Assembly (NCBI GenBank): GCA_043228905.1
Contig: JBHGNT010000014.1
Span: 11,532,001 to 11,596,000 of the forward strand
Length of the DNA stretch: 64,000 bases
Origin: Azolla caroliniana
Lineage: Eukaryota; Plantae; Polypodiophyta
Direction: 5' to 3'
This document shows, in pieces, positions 34,512-47,494 of this stretch; positions within the stretch are counted from its first letter, which is position 1; the number at the start of each line of letters is the position of its first letter. The notes beneath the pieces were generated by a model, which was not told the origin of the DNA, did not search any database, and worked only from the letters and a program-made list of their open reading frames with translations. Made by a program: the position numbers and the translations under genes.

Positions 34512-37500
34512 CCTACCATTGTACCAACTCATCATCAGTGATATAATTGTCTATTTAATATTTAGAAAAGGTTATCCTCAGGTATAAATTCTAGAAAAAG
34601 CTACTTATATACGTGTAGCGTGCATAAAACTTTAGTTAAAGAAAACGCTTTATAAGAAAAAGCTACTCATGCACATCTAGTGTGCATGAGCACTATAATT
34701 AAAAGGAGAAACATGATAGCAAAACTGATTCATGCACATCTGATGTGCATGAACACTTTAGAAAAAGCATGAGGCTTGCTATGTGGTAAGCTATACTTGG
34801 CCTCTTCCATCACTATATGAGGACAAGAGAAAGATGTATTGTGATTGTGAATTCTCAGGTTTTATTAGGATTTCAAAATATTGATTTAATATACTATACT
34901 CGTGTGATTCACAATTATTTCTTATCTATCTTTTCCAATCTATTCCAATCTACTATTAGGGTTCTAAGGGTTGACTACTCTAACATAATACACTCATGGA
35001 ATTTACGAAGTTTTCTACATCTCTTTCTTACAATCTATTCGTATTCTTATTGGCCATAAAATTCTCCTCCTCCTAGTCCATAACCTTGGTGGTTTCCACC
35101 CGACTCATGCAACAATCTGGCGCCGAAAGGTACGACACATTTGGTGAACCTTGGCTACGGATGGGTTTCAAGGGAGTATCCACGGGATATGACAACAAAA
35201 TCCGACGTGGGCGGCGTTTGAAGAAGCATTGAAGACTACATTCACTATCAAGGACTCCTCCAAGGGAATGTGGAGGGGATTCAAAGATTGGGTGGAAACA
35301 CCAAACAAGGTGTTGAAGGTCCTCGATGTGTTTTCGGCATTCGAAAGTCAATTCTGGAGGTAGCCAGCAAGAGATCAAGTTGTCCTTGTACCTCACAAAG
35401 TGATCATGTTCTTACAAGTCGTGGATGTCTAGAACCATAAAGATCTTGGAGTGCTTCTAGAGGATATGACTACTAAGAGTGGCCTCGCCAATACATGGGA
35501 AAATGTGCAGAACATCATCACTTGATATACAAAGTGGGGGTGATGGCTCGGTGATGAAGAAAAGAGGACTACGGAATTGACGTTGAGGCTGAGGTTCGTA
35601 GTAGTAGACCACCAACCACAGGCTCGAGAGACTACAACCGAGAAGGGAATCGATGTAACCACGGTGGAGCAGTTGCTAAAAGAGATGGAGAATCTTAAAA
35701 TTTCTAAGGTGAAGAAATTAGAAGACTGTTGTTGTGTCTTTTAACGTCAAATCGTTTGCGTGAGTCAAGTGGGAACTGCTAGGGTTTTTGACTAGGAGGA
35801 TGGGGAATTTGAGACGAATAAGAATGAGAATAGATTGTACGGAGAAAAGAAATAGAAACCTCGTGAATCCCACGAGTGTATTGTATTAGATTAATCAACC
35901 CTTAGAATCTTAATAGTAAATTAGAATATAGAATGGAAAAGATATCTATTGAAAATCGTGAATCACACAAATATAATCAATTAGATCAATATTTAGAAAT
36001 ATTAATAAATCCCAAGAATCAACAACCTATTACAATTTGCTCCCCACCTTTATATAGTGATGGGAGAGACTAAGTATAGTCTACCACATGGTAAGCATCA
36101 TGCTTTTTTTTTCTAAAGTGTTCATGCACACTAGATGTGCATGAATCGCTTTATCTATTATATGCTTTTTCTTCTAATAATAGTGTTCATGCACACGTGT
36201 GATGTGCTTGAATAGCTTTTCTATCATGCGTTTTGTTTTAACTAAAGTTTTTTCCTAGAAAATCTGAGTGAAATAACCTTTCTATGTGGGATATTTACTT
36301 TTTTAACACTTATGATGTGTTAGTATAATGGTAAAGCTTCAAATTATTAACATAAAGGTACAAGGTTTGAATCTTGTCCTCTGCATGTAGCTTATACTTC
36401 ATATTTTATTCAATTAGTTATTTTATATGTTTTTCACATAGTGTACAAATTACACTATGACACTGTTCCTCAAATTCCAAGTAGATGGATCGTTGGTGCA
36501 TAGGGTGTGATAGCACCGAACATGATTGGAAGGATTGCGATGAACACAATGAGGCTCTACGACAAGATCTCATCTACTATGAGGGAAATCGGATCCATTC
36601 GATGGACTCTTGGAAACCAATCCGACCGAACTTTCGAAAATGTGGCATGAAGAAGGCCCTAGAGGAGGAGATAGTGGAAAAAATAATTATGCGACAATCA
36701 CGGGAATACGTGTGGGTGAGAAATCTAGAACGAAGGCATCTTTCTGGCCGGAAGTGCTAGAAATCTTCGAGAAAACCGATTCTAATGAAATACGGAGCAC
36801 AGCGGAAGGCATCCGGGAAGCTACGGGATGGGAGTGCCCCGTAGATAAAAATAACGTATATGCCTTATGTCAATTATATGAGGTGTATGTAGATGAGAAG
36901 CGACGGTGCACGGATGATGTAGTCGGACCATCGAAGACACCTGGGAGTCGGAACTCCAAAGGGAAAGGAAAAGGGAAAAATATTCTGGCATTCAAAATCG
37001 CCTCGGACATCAAACAACAGATGGATCTAAAGAAGGTGTTTGAAGAGAGAATCCTTGATAGTCAGGTGGAACTTTCACTCCAAGAATTGCTCGGAATTGT
37101 GACATCCACGATTTCCTTGTGGATATCGTAAAAAGAAAGAGGCAGGCTACGAAAGATTCAAATGCTCCAAGGGTGAATGCAAATACTATTCTAATGAACA
37201 ACATGGAAGCGAAGGAAGAAATTCCGAAGTCCCATTATGCAAAGCCACACTGAGCACTACAACTACGGACACTCATGTTCAAATTGGAAACATCAAAGAG
37301 CCTGTAGTTGCGTTGATTGATCATGGATCGGAGATCAATCTGATGTCCAAGGAGTTCTACCGGAAGGCGAAGTGCCATATTAACACCAGTCATGGATGGA
37401 AGATCCAGGCAGCCACAAAAGCAACGGCAGATCTATTTGCGGCTTGTCCAGATGTGATGGTGAAGATCATAGATGTGGAGATTGACCAAAATTTCTTTGT

Positions 37501-40500
37501 GCAAGATGAGGTCTCACATTCCGTGATTCTCGGGAAACCCTTCATCACGGCTTTGTGGATGAAAACAAAGGTGCTCGACAGTGGAGTGGCTGTTCCAAGG
37601 ATTCAAAGCCAAAGCGGAGGCAAAACTGTTCAATTCTTGATTGTGCCATCGAATCACGAAAGGAACAAGAGAGAGCTCTTGTTCCAAAAACAATGGAGTT
37701 TTAAAGCAGACAATTGTGGAGTGGGGAAGTAATAGTCTCAGAATCCCTGATAAGACGCACATGAAGAAAACTCTCAGAGTGAAATAAGTGTGAATCAAGA
37801 TGTACGAGATCATTGCGGAAATGGAGCCGGATGCGCTCGGGAAAGAAGAAGCAATGGTATGTACGAAATATAAGACTGTGGAAAAGAAGGTGAAACGGTC
37901 TACAGGACCATTACCCGCCAATAGTGAACAAAAGAGGAAAGAAGTCTAAGGAGATCCGACACTTCAGAAGTCCATGGATATTGGACATACATTTACATAT
38001 GAGACCTCGAAGAAAATCCGGATCGGTGGAGGTGGGAAGAAAATCTCAGGAAGTCCTGGTTACATCTATGATAGTAATGGGTTCAAGGGGGGCCCATTGC
38101 TATCAAGGGTGGACACGCTCCGTATTCAAGCGGTATATCTATCTGCACTCCTTGAAATGTCGTAAGGAAAAACCAACAAAATGAAGAAGAAAGATTACAT
38201 GAGATGTTGGAGCAGCATGGAAAAGCATTCGCATTCACATCAAAAGAGATAGAGTGCGTTGATCCAAAGATAGTGGAGTCCATGGTGATCTTCACCATTG
38301 ATCATGTGCCATGGAACTTGAAGCTGATCCCGATGCCACAAGTGCATATTCCGAAAATCATTGACTTGCTCAAGGAGAAGGTCGCGATGGGGATTCTAGA
38401 GCCACCAAACGCTCCATACTCAAATCGATGGTTTACAGTTCCGAAGAAGAATGGGTCACTTCGATTCATTCAAGATTTTTAACCAGTGAACAAGGTCACA
38501 ATCCGGAACTCCAAAGTTGGTCCGATAGTGGATGAATTTGCGGAAGCATTTGCCGGACGCACGATGTACTCTATCAGAGAACTATACTCTAGATATGACC
38601 AATTTCAACTAGCCATGGATAGTCAGGATATCACTACAATGTGGACACTGATAGGTTTAGTCTGGATGTGTACGTTACCACAAGGAGAGACGAACTCGGT
38701 CGCACATATGATGAATGCAATGAACAAGGTGCTCTGAGACTACATTCCAAAGATAACAATGTCATTCTTAGATGACATTCCGATGAAAGGATGTGTGGTG
38801 GAAGATAAGGATGAGACTATGGATGATCGAGGATGTCAAACGTTCGTAGTTAACCATATTCGTGATTCTTAGAAAGTGCTACAAAAGTTAGAAGATGTGC
38901 ACCTAACATTCTCCGGAGAGAAATTGGCATTCGGACAAGAAGAGATACTTGTAATCAAACATCTATGTGGTCGCTACGGCCGAAGACCATCACCAACCAA
39001 GATTGATCTGATTGAAGCCATGAAAAAAATATGTGAGTCACAATCCGAAGTCCACAAGTTTCTTGGGGCATGTGCATTCTATCACATATGGATTTCGCAC
39101 TCTGCACACATTGCGGAACCACTCTATCACCTGTTGTGGAAGGGGAAAACGTTCAAATGGAATCCGGAGCACACCAAAGCCATGAAGAAGCTGAAGAAAG
39201 CATTATGGAGAGCGGTAGCGCTTAAGCAGCCGAACTATGACAGACCGATCATAGTAACGGTTGATACAAGTAGTCGGGATCGGATGGGTCATCAACCAAA
39301 CCGATCTAGATGGTTCACGATATCCGATCCAATTCGGAGCAAAGCTTCACAATGAAAGGAAATGCGGATATGCACAAGTTAAAAGAGAATTAAGGGGAGT
39401 GGTGTCAGCAATAAAATCCGATCGGGATCATTCTATTGGAGCTGAAGTAGTGATCAAAACGGATTGTCTACCAATAGTCCGGATGATGCGATGTTGCACA
39501 GTACCGGATGTGGCTATACTAAGATGGATTGCATATGTAAGGTCGTTTAATCCAAAGGTACGACACATCTCAGGAAAAGACAACATAGTAGCATATATGC
39601 TATCAAGGGCACAATTCAAAGACGACGTAGCCGAATAGGATAATGAAGAAGTTTCCAAAGACTACTTTACTTCAGAGCACATATGTCGGGTGAACGTAAT
39701 TCAGGAGTTTTAGGAAGACGAATACGAGGGAGAAAGCTTGTTGATCTGGAAAGTGCTACAAGAAATTGAGGAATCATCAGACAATAAGGAAAAGAGAGTC
39801 GAGATTTGAAGGAAGAAACAACAAGTCTGAAAGTTCTTCTTGAACAATGGATTAATCTGGAGGAGGGAGCCGAAAAGATCAGATGACATACCACTACAAG
39901 TAGTCGGCACAAAGTTACAACAAAAACAAATATCCGAATTTCACGAATTTGATTGGGCTGGTCATCGGGGAACATGGGTGAGATTTGCAAAGATCAAGAA
40001 AAAATGTTGGTGGAAGAATATACAAGGATGTAGGGGAGTTCACGGAAAGCTACAAGAAATGTCAAATCTACTCCAGAGTTCAACACCGGGATTAATTACA
40101 TTCGACATCCTCACTGACAATCAACTTAAAATGGATGGTTGACATCGTGGCCATGCTAACCGGGATAGGAAAAAAGAAGTACTTGGTGCTAGCTTGGGAG
40201 GATCTGATGAACCAAGTAGAAGGTCAGGTGCTACGGACGAAAACATGTTCTACAGTATGCCAATTTCTCTTCGAAGAAGTGTTCTGCAAGTATGGGTGCG
40301 TAGACAAGTGATAAAGCTAGGGAATTATTTGCCAAACATGGAGTACGGTTGATACTAACCATGACATACAATCCAGAAGCAAATGGGAAGATCGAACGAA
40401 GACAAAGTCCAATTGTAAAAGCACTTGCAAAAGCATGCGATGGAAGGATGACGATTTGGCTGCAGATGCTTCCGTATGCACTATGGGTGGATCGCTCAAC

Positions 40501-40641
40501 ACATAGTTCCATGACCGGTTATATGCCAGTGGAACTTATGACTAGACAAGCTCTGGGAATGCCTACAAAAACCGCAATTTCAACATGTACGGTGCTACCA
40601 TGGAAGGAAGAGATGAGTCGAGAAGAGCTACTTGTAGTCCT
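34512..40641 (+). mobile_element. Ty3/Gypsy element G2, related to G1 in pol, heavily degraded and truncated at both ends
   Basis: AT-rich LTR remnant to ~35137, gag with CIGC..H..C, IDHGSEINL, YSNRWFTVPKK and YNPEANGKIER. Many stops and frameshifts. Confidence 0.9.
35730..36462 (-). mobile_element. Solo LTR (733 bp) related to the G2 LTR, inserted antisense in G2 gag
   Basis: TG...CA ends and a 4-bp TSD CTGT (35726-35729 and 36463-36466). The reverse complement aligns with 34560-35137. Confidence 0.85.
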
Positions 40642-42158
40642 TGTTGGGAATGTGTCCCTCCTATGGGAGGAGCTGGTTGGTTGGACAGAGAGCCAATAGT
40701 CAAAGAAAATTAGTAGTTGACTAGTCGTGCTAAGAGCCGACAGTCGAAGACAAGGAGTAGCCGACTGGTCGGGCCAAGAGCCGACAGTCAATGTCATGGA
40801 GAGTCGACTAAGAGAGAGTCGACATTAGATGATCCAAGTCGAAGACAAGACCGACTAGTCAGGCCAACCGGAGGGTCGACGACAAGACCGACTAGTCGGT
40901 CGATTGGATAGTTGACACAAGAGTTAGTTAGTCAAGTCGACTAGTCGATCAGTCGGTTGATTAACTGGTATTGTTATTACTATAATAATATAAGTGATAG
41001 TAGTAGGGATTATAATTGTAAATAGCCCATATAGTGTATAAGTATAAGTACACCTAGGGAAAAACCATAGAATAAGTGGTGTAGAGTAGACCATGTAGAG
41101 TAGATACAGATTAGAGCTTCAATAGCAGAGCATTGCTAAGAGGAGAGTGTGTGAGATAGAGTGACGGCGGTAGAGTTAACGAACCTGCCAAGAACCCTGA
41201 GTGGGTTATCCTCTGAGATGATCAGAGAATATCTGTAATCGTTTCTATATTCACTTGCATAGTGGAATCTATGTTCCCTTGGTTTTACTTGCTTAGGGTT
41301 TCCACGTAAAACTCTGTGTTTGTCTCTGTGTACTTTGCATTTTTTCTATACGTTTCAGCATATCTTGTTTGTAAATCTATGATCCCATCTCTACAAACTG
41401 GTATCAGAGCAATGAGGCGAAAGATGGAAGGAGGTGTGAGCAGCTTCCCAGGTATGATAGTTCTAAACTCTCAAAACTATGCAGATTGGAAGATAAAGAT
41501 GGAAGACCTTCTCATAGTCAAAGACCTGTATGAGCCCATCGACAAAGCAAAAATACGCACAGCAGTATTAGAGTCTGAATGGAGACTTTTGAAGAAAAAA
41601 GGCAGTGGCCACTATCAAAACTGTGTTGATGTAAGTGTCCTTCAGCATGTGGTGAACGATTCAAATGCCTACAAAATATGTGAGAAGTTGTCAGGTCTAT
41701 ATGAGAGGAAGAATGCCCTCAATAAAACATCTCTAATGAGAAAGATTGTAAGGCTGAAATACAGGGATGGGGAAAGCATAGTCAAGCATGTAAGCACTTT
41801 CATGGGGTATGTGAATCAACTTGCGGCAACCAAGTTTCCCCTTGAGGATGCAATGCAGGACATCCTCCTATTTTGTACCCTACTGGACAACGGGGAGAAT
41901 CTGGTGGTAATTCTCAGCAACTCGTGTCAAGAAGAGAAGTTGTCTCTACAAGCAATAAAGACAAGCATCTTGAACAAGGAGACAAGAAGGAAGGACAAGG
42001 GTGTGTTGTCCCAGTTAGAGTCAAACTTGACTCACCATACCAACAAAGGAAGGAATAGACAAAGAAGGGATAAGTCCCAAGCTAGGTCCAAGTCCAGAGG
42101 AAAGTTAACATTATATGCAAGTGAAGAGTGTACTTGGGTAATCAACTCAAGTGCATCC
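40642..42158 (+). mobile_element. Copia family B-related element B2: 5' LTR, PBS and gag, interrupted at the protease by B3
   Basis: LTR 40642-41395 and PBS TGGTATCAGAGC at 41399-41410. Gag has NYADWKIKMEDL, the zinc knuckle is deleted, and it ends at WVINSSAS. Confidence 0.9.
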
Positions 42159-45100
42159 TGTTGGGAATATGTCCCTCTAGTGGGAGGATGATCCGGCTGT
42201 TCGAAAAGCCGACAATCGAAGAGTCGAAAAACAGGAGCCGAGTTGATGAGGAACTTGGCCGAGGCCGAAACCGAAATCGTGTAAATAGCCAACTCAGGAG
42301 ACTATATTTGTAAATAGTCTAAGTGTACACCCTAGGAGGGCTACGTATGTAAATAACCAGAAAGTTGCGTAAGTATATATGCAACTAGGGCAAACTTTTA
42401 GTTATGTATGTAGAGTGATGAACAAAAAACTCTGTATGTGTAGAACTCTAGAACGTAAGAGAGCGTGAGAGAGAGAAGTGTTAGCCGCGCCATAGCTGTG
42501 TGAGTAATAGCAAACGCGAAGAGCCTTGTGCGGCTGATACACTCGACAGAGTGTTGTATTCCTCTCGGTGTTTGTATATCCACTTTGTCTAGTGAAGAAA
42601 TCTGTTCACCCGTGGTTTTTCCCTGTTTTAGGGTTTCCACGTAAAACTTTGTGCACTATTGTGTGTCTTGTTTTTCCTGGCATTTCTGTAATTCGTATTT
42701 TAGCATTGTCTGTTCATTGTGAATTAAATTTCCGCAACGATTTCTCAACAAACTGGTATCAAAGCTTGAGGTGCAAGCATGGAAGGAGGTGTGAGCGGAT
42801 TCCCAGGTATGATAGTTCTGAACTCACAGAACTATGCAGACTGGAAGATCAAGATGGAAGACCTTCTCATAGTTAAAGACCTGTACGAGCCAGTCAACAG
42901 AACAGAAATACCCAGCGGGTTATTGGAGTCGGACTGGAAGCTTCTGAATAGAAAGGCGATGGCCACAATCCGACAATGTGTCGATGTAAGTGTTCTTCAG
43001 CATGTGGTGAACGACACGAATGCCCACGAGATGTGGTAGAAGTTGTCGGGTCTGTACGAGAGGAAGAACACGATGAACACAACCTCGCAAATGAGAAAAA
43101 TCGTACGGCTGAAATACAGAGACGGTGAGAGCATCGTCGAACACATCAGCACATTTATGGGGTACGTAAATCAACTTGTTGCGACCAAGTTTCCCCTGGA
43201 TGATGCAATGCAGGCCATCCTGCTGATGTGCACACTGCCGGAAAGCTAGGAGAACCTAGTGGTTACTCTGAGCACCTCTTGTCAAGAAGAGAACTTGTCT
43301 TTACAGACGGTGAAGACAAGCATCCTAAATGAGGAGGCTAGGAGGAAAGAAAAAGGATTCTTGTCCCAAACGAAGTCGAATCTGACTCAACATATGGACA
43401 GAGGAAGGGACCGGCGAAGAAGAAGTCCGCAGCGAACGGACAACTCCTATGCCAAATCGAAGTCCAGAGGTAAACCTGTGTGCTTGTATTGTGGAAAACC
43501 TGGACACTTCCAGAAGGACTGTCGACACATGAAGAAGGATAAGTTTGTCGGAAACAATGTCGAACCCTGGAAGATTCTGGATGACAAGAACACTTCGGCC
43601 ACTGCTACAAGCAATGAGGAACTTCTATTCATTTGTGAACAGACAAGTGCAAATCTCGCAAGAGAAGAATGCACTTGGGTGATCGACTCCGGCGCATCCG
43701 ATCACATTACTCCGTCGAGAGAGTATTTCTTGACTTACATAACCGGGGATCATGGCTATGTAAAGATGGGTGATAGTAGAGAATGCAAGATAACCGGAAT
43801 CGGAAGTGTCAGCTTGACGACGTCGACAGGGTGTCGACTGACATTGAAGGATATTCGACACGTCCCCGATATCAGATTGAATCTGATATCGACTGGAAAA
43901 CTTGATGACGAAGGCTACAGTGGTAGCTTTTGGAATGGCAAGTGGAAGTTCTGTCGAGGAAATCTCATAGTGGCCCGAGCACAGAAAGAAGGCACATTGT
44001 ACATGATGCATTCCCGACTCTGCAAATCGGAGGTGAACGTGGCAGCCGACTCGGCAGGGGAGATATGGCATAAGAGGCTAGGCCACATGAGTGAAAAGGG
44101 AATGCACCTATTAGCCGACCAAAACCTTCTACTAGAAGTCCAGGGAATGCACCTGGAGAAGTGTGTCGACTACTTAGCCGGAAAGCAGAACAGGACGGCA
44201 TTCCACTTGAGACCACCGAGGAGAAGAGAAGTTGCACTGGAACTAGTACACACGGATGTGTGCTATGTGGATGCTCCATCGCATCGAGGAGGACAATACT
44301 TTGTAATGTTTATTGACGACTATAATCGAAAGACATGGGCCTTCATACTAAAGTTGAAGGATCAAGTACTGTCGGGTTTTAAGGAGTTCAAGGCAAGAAC
44401 CGAAAGAGAGTTGGGTCAGAAACTGAAGGTTGTCCGAACCGACAACGGTGGCGAGTACAGAGGGCAGTTCGAGGAATACTGCAAGTGCCAAGGTATTCGA
44501 ATCGAATACACAGTGCCAAAGACCCCAAAATTAAACAGGCTTGCAGAGAGGATGAATCGAACGATCATGGAGAGAGTAAGGAGCATGCACTCTCATGCAA
44601 AACTGCCGAAATCCTATTGTGTTGAGGCGTTGTACACAGCTGTTTATCTTATCAACAGGTCTCCCTCAATGCCATTAAAGGGTGATGTCCCACAAAGGGT
44701 GTGGACAGGGAAGGATGTCTCCTACCAACACCTGAGGGTGTTTGGATGTTTGGTGTATATGCATGTCCCAAAGGATTAGAGGTCAAAGCTCGACAGCAAG
44801 TCGAAAGCATGCATATTCATTGGATACTCGGAAGATGAGTTCGGTTATAGGCTATGGGACCTAGTCGACAAGAAGGTAGTGAGAAGTCAGGATGTAGTCT
44901 TTCTAGAAGACAAGACAATTGAAGACTGGAAGCAACAGAAGTCGGAACCAACTCCCCAGTCAACCTCGACTACCATTGACTTAAGGCCAACTGAGTTGTC
45001 ACCAACAGCTGTAAGGAGACAGGCGACTGACAGAGCCGAATCCGAGTCGGTCGACTCGGAAAGACCGACAGACTATGAGTCAGAGTTGGCAGAGCTGCTG

Positions 45101-47394
45101 AAGTCAATTGATGAATATAAGTTGGAGTTGTCTAACCTGGAGATGCCGATTGACGAACAGAATCTTGAGCAGAGAGAAGAGTTGGCAGAGACATCCGGAA
45201 AAGAGCCAACTGTGGGTGGACGAAGATACCCACTCAGAGAAAGGAAGGCACCGATTACATATGCCAGTCAATACATCCTCTTGACTGATGATGGTGAACC
45301 GGAGTGCTATGAAGAAACCATTGCTGACGAGAGTAAAGAAAAATGGCTTAGCGCGATGCAAGAGGAGATGGAATCCTTGCACGTGAATTACACCTACGAC
45401 CTAGTAGAGCTGCCGAAAGGTAAGAGAGCACTCAGGAATAAATGGGTCTACAAGGTGAAGACTGGAGAAGTCAACATCGAGCCCAGGTATAAAGCCCGCA
45501 TAGTGGTGAAGGGTTTCCAACAGAAGAAGGGCGTCGACTTTGACAAAATATTCGCACCAATCGTGAAGATGACATCGATTCGAACTGTTCTAAGCATAGC
45601 GGCCAACATGGATCTGGAGATCGAACAATTGGATGTCAAAACCGCATTTCTACACGGGGAGCTAGAAGAAGAAATCTACATGCAACAACCCAAAGGCTTT
45701 GAGGAGAAAGGGAAAGAGAATTTGGTGTGTCGACTGAGGAAAAGCTTGTACAGTCTAAAACAAGTTCCACGCCAATGGTACACGAAATTTGAGTCCTTCA
45801 TGATGGAACATCGGTTCTAGAAAACACAGGCTGATCACTATGTGTTTGTCAAAAGGTACGAGGAAGGAGATTTCTTGATTCTCTTGCTATATGTCGATGA
45901 TATGTTGATAGTCAGTCAAGACACAAGGAAGATTGGAAGCTTGAAGAAAGCTCTCGGCAAGTCATTTGCCATGAAAGACCTTGGACCGGCAAAGCAAATC
46001 CTAGGAATGCACATAACCTGAGACAGAGCTCGGAAGGTGCTATGGTTGTCACAACAAAAGTATGTGATGAAGATCCTAGAGAGGTTCAACATGTCGAATG
46101 CAAAGTCGATTGGCTCCGTGTTGCCGACAAATTGCAGATTGAATGCGAAGTAGTGTTCGAAAGGGCAAAAGGAAAAGGCTAAGATGAAGAAGGTACCATA
46201 TGCCTCAGTTGTCGGTAGTCTAATGTATGCTATGGTCTGTACGAGACCGGACATAGTATTTGTTGTGGGAGCAGTAAGCAATGAAGTGGATACTCAGGTA
46301 ACTGAAAGGCACCTCGGAGGTGTGGTTAAGGTATGGTGTCGGAAAACCTGTGCTGGAAGGTTTTACCGATTCAGACATGTCTGGAGATACCGACTCAAGC
46401 CAATCCACGTCAGGGTACGTGATGACCTATGCAGGGGGAGCAATGTTGTGGCAATCATGATTGCAGAAGTCTGTAGCCTTGTCAATACAGAGGCAGAGTA
46501 TATGGCAGCGGTAGAGGCCGGGAAAGAGTTGATCTAGATGAGAAATTTTCTCACCGAACTAGGCATGAAGCAAAAGGAATTCTTGCTTCACTGTGACAGT
46601 CAAAGTGCCATACACCTAGCCAAGAACGTGGCATACCACTCCCGGACTAAGCACATACAGAGAAGGTATTACTGGTTGCGGGAGAGAGTCGAAGAAGGAG
46701 AGTTCTCCCTTGTGAAGATCCATACCGACAACAATGGATTTGACATGCTGACGAAGGACCTACCTAGGGACAGACTTCAGTGTCTTTCGGCAAAATACAG
46801 GACTGATAGATTTCCTCCCACAGGAGTGACGGGGGAGTTTGTTGGGAATATGTCCCTCCAGTGGGAGGATGATCCGACAGTTCGAAAAGCCAACAGTCGA
46901 AGAGTCGGAAAACATGAGTCGAGTCGAAACCGGAATCGTGTAAATAGCCAACTCGGGAGACTATATTTGTAAATAGTCTAAGTGTGCGCCCTAGGAGGGC
47001 TACGTATGTAAATAACCAAAAAGTTGTGTAAGTATATATGCAACTAGGGCAAACTTTTAGTTATGTATGTAGAGTGATGAACAAAAAACTCTGTATGTGT
47101 AGAACTGTAGAATGTAAGAGAGCATGAGAGAGAGAAGTGTGAGTCGCGCCATAGCTATGTGAGTAACAGCAAACGCGAAGAGCCCTGTGCGGTTGATACA
47201 CTCGACAGAGTGTTATATTCCTCTCGGTGTTTGTATATCCACTTTGTATAGTGAAGAAATTTGTTCACCCGTGGTTTTTCCCCGTTTTAGGGTTTCCATG
47301 TAAAACTCTGTGCACTGTTGTGTGTCTTATTTTTCCTGGCATTTTTGTAATTCATATTTCAGCATTGTCTGTTCATTGTGAATTAAATTTCCGC
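42159..47394 (+). mobile_element. Near-complete Copia family B element B3; 3' LTR cut by the assembly gap
   Basis: LTRs at 42159-42750 and from 46840 to beyond 47394, PBS TGGTATCAAAGC and PPT GGGGGAG. Domain order is gag-PR-INT-RT-RH. Confidence 0.95.
42779..46830 (+). pseudogene. B3 Gag-Pol polyprotein with several in-frame stops and small deletions
   Basis: ORFs 42779-43039, 43259-44779 (CGKPGHFQKDC, DSGAS, RTDNGGEY), 44879-45820 (DVKTAFLHG) and 46538 onward (RTKHI). Confidence 0.92.
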
Positions 47395-47494
47395 NNNNNN
47401 NNNNNNNNNNNNNNNNNNNNNNNNNNNNNNNNNNNNNNNNNNNNNNNNNNNNNNNNNNNNNNNNNNNNNNNNNNNNNNNNNNNNNNNNNNNNNN
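47395..47494. other. Assembly gap (100 N, true size unknown)
   Basis: Run of exactly 100 n. Confidence 1.

Noticed and set aside
35118-35130. TGGCGCCGAAAGG as the PBS of G2
   Set aside because: The homologous solo LTR extends past this point to its CA end, so the motif lies inside the LTR. The real PBS is probably the TGGTGAACC after 35137, which I could not assign to a tRNA.
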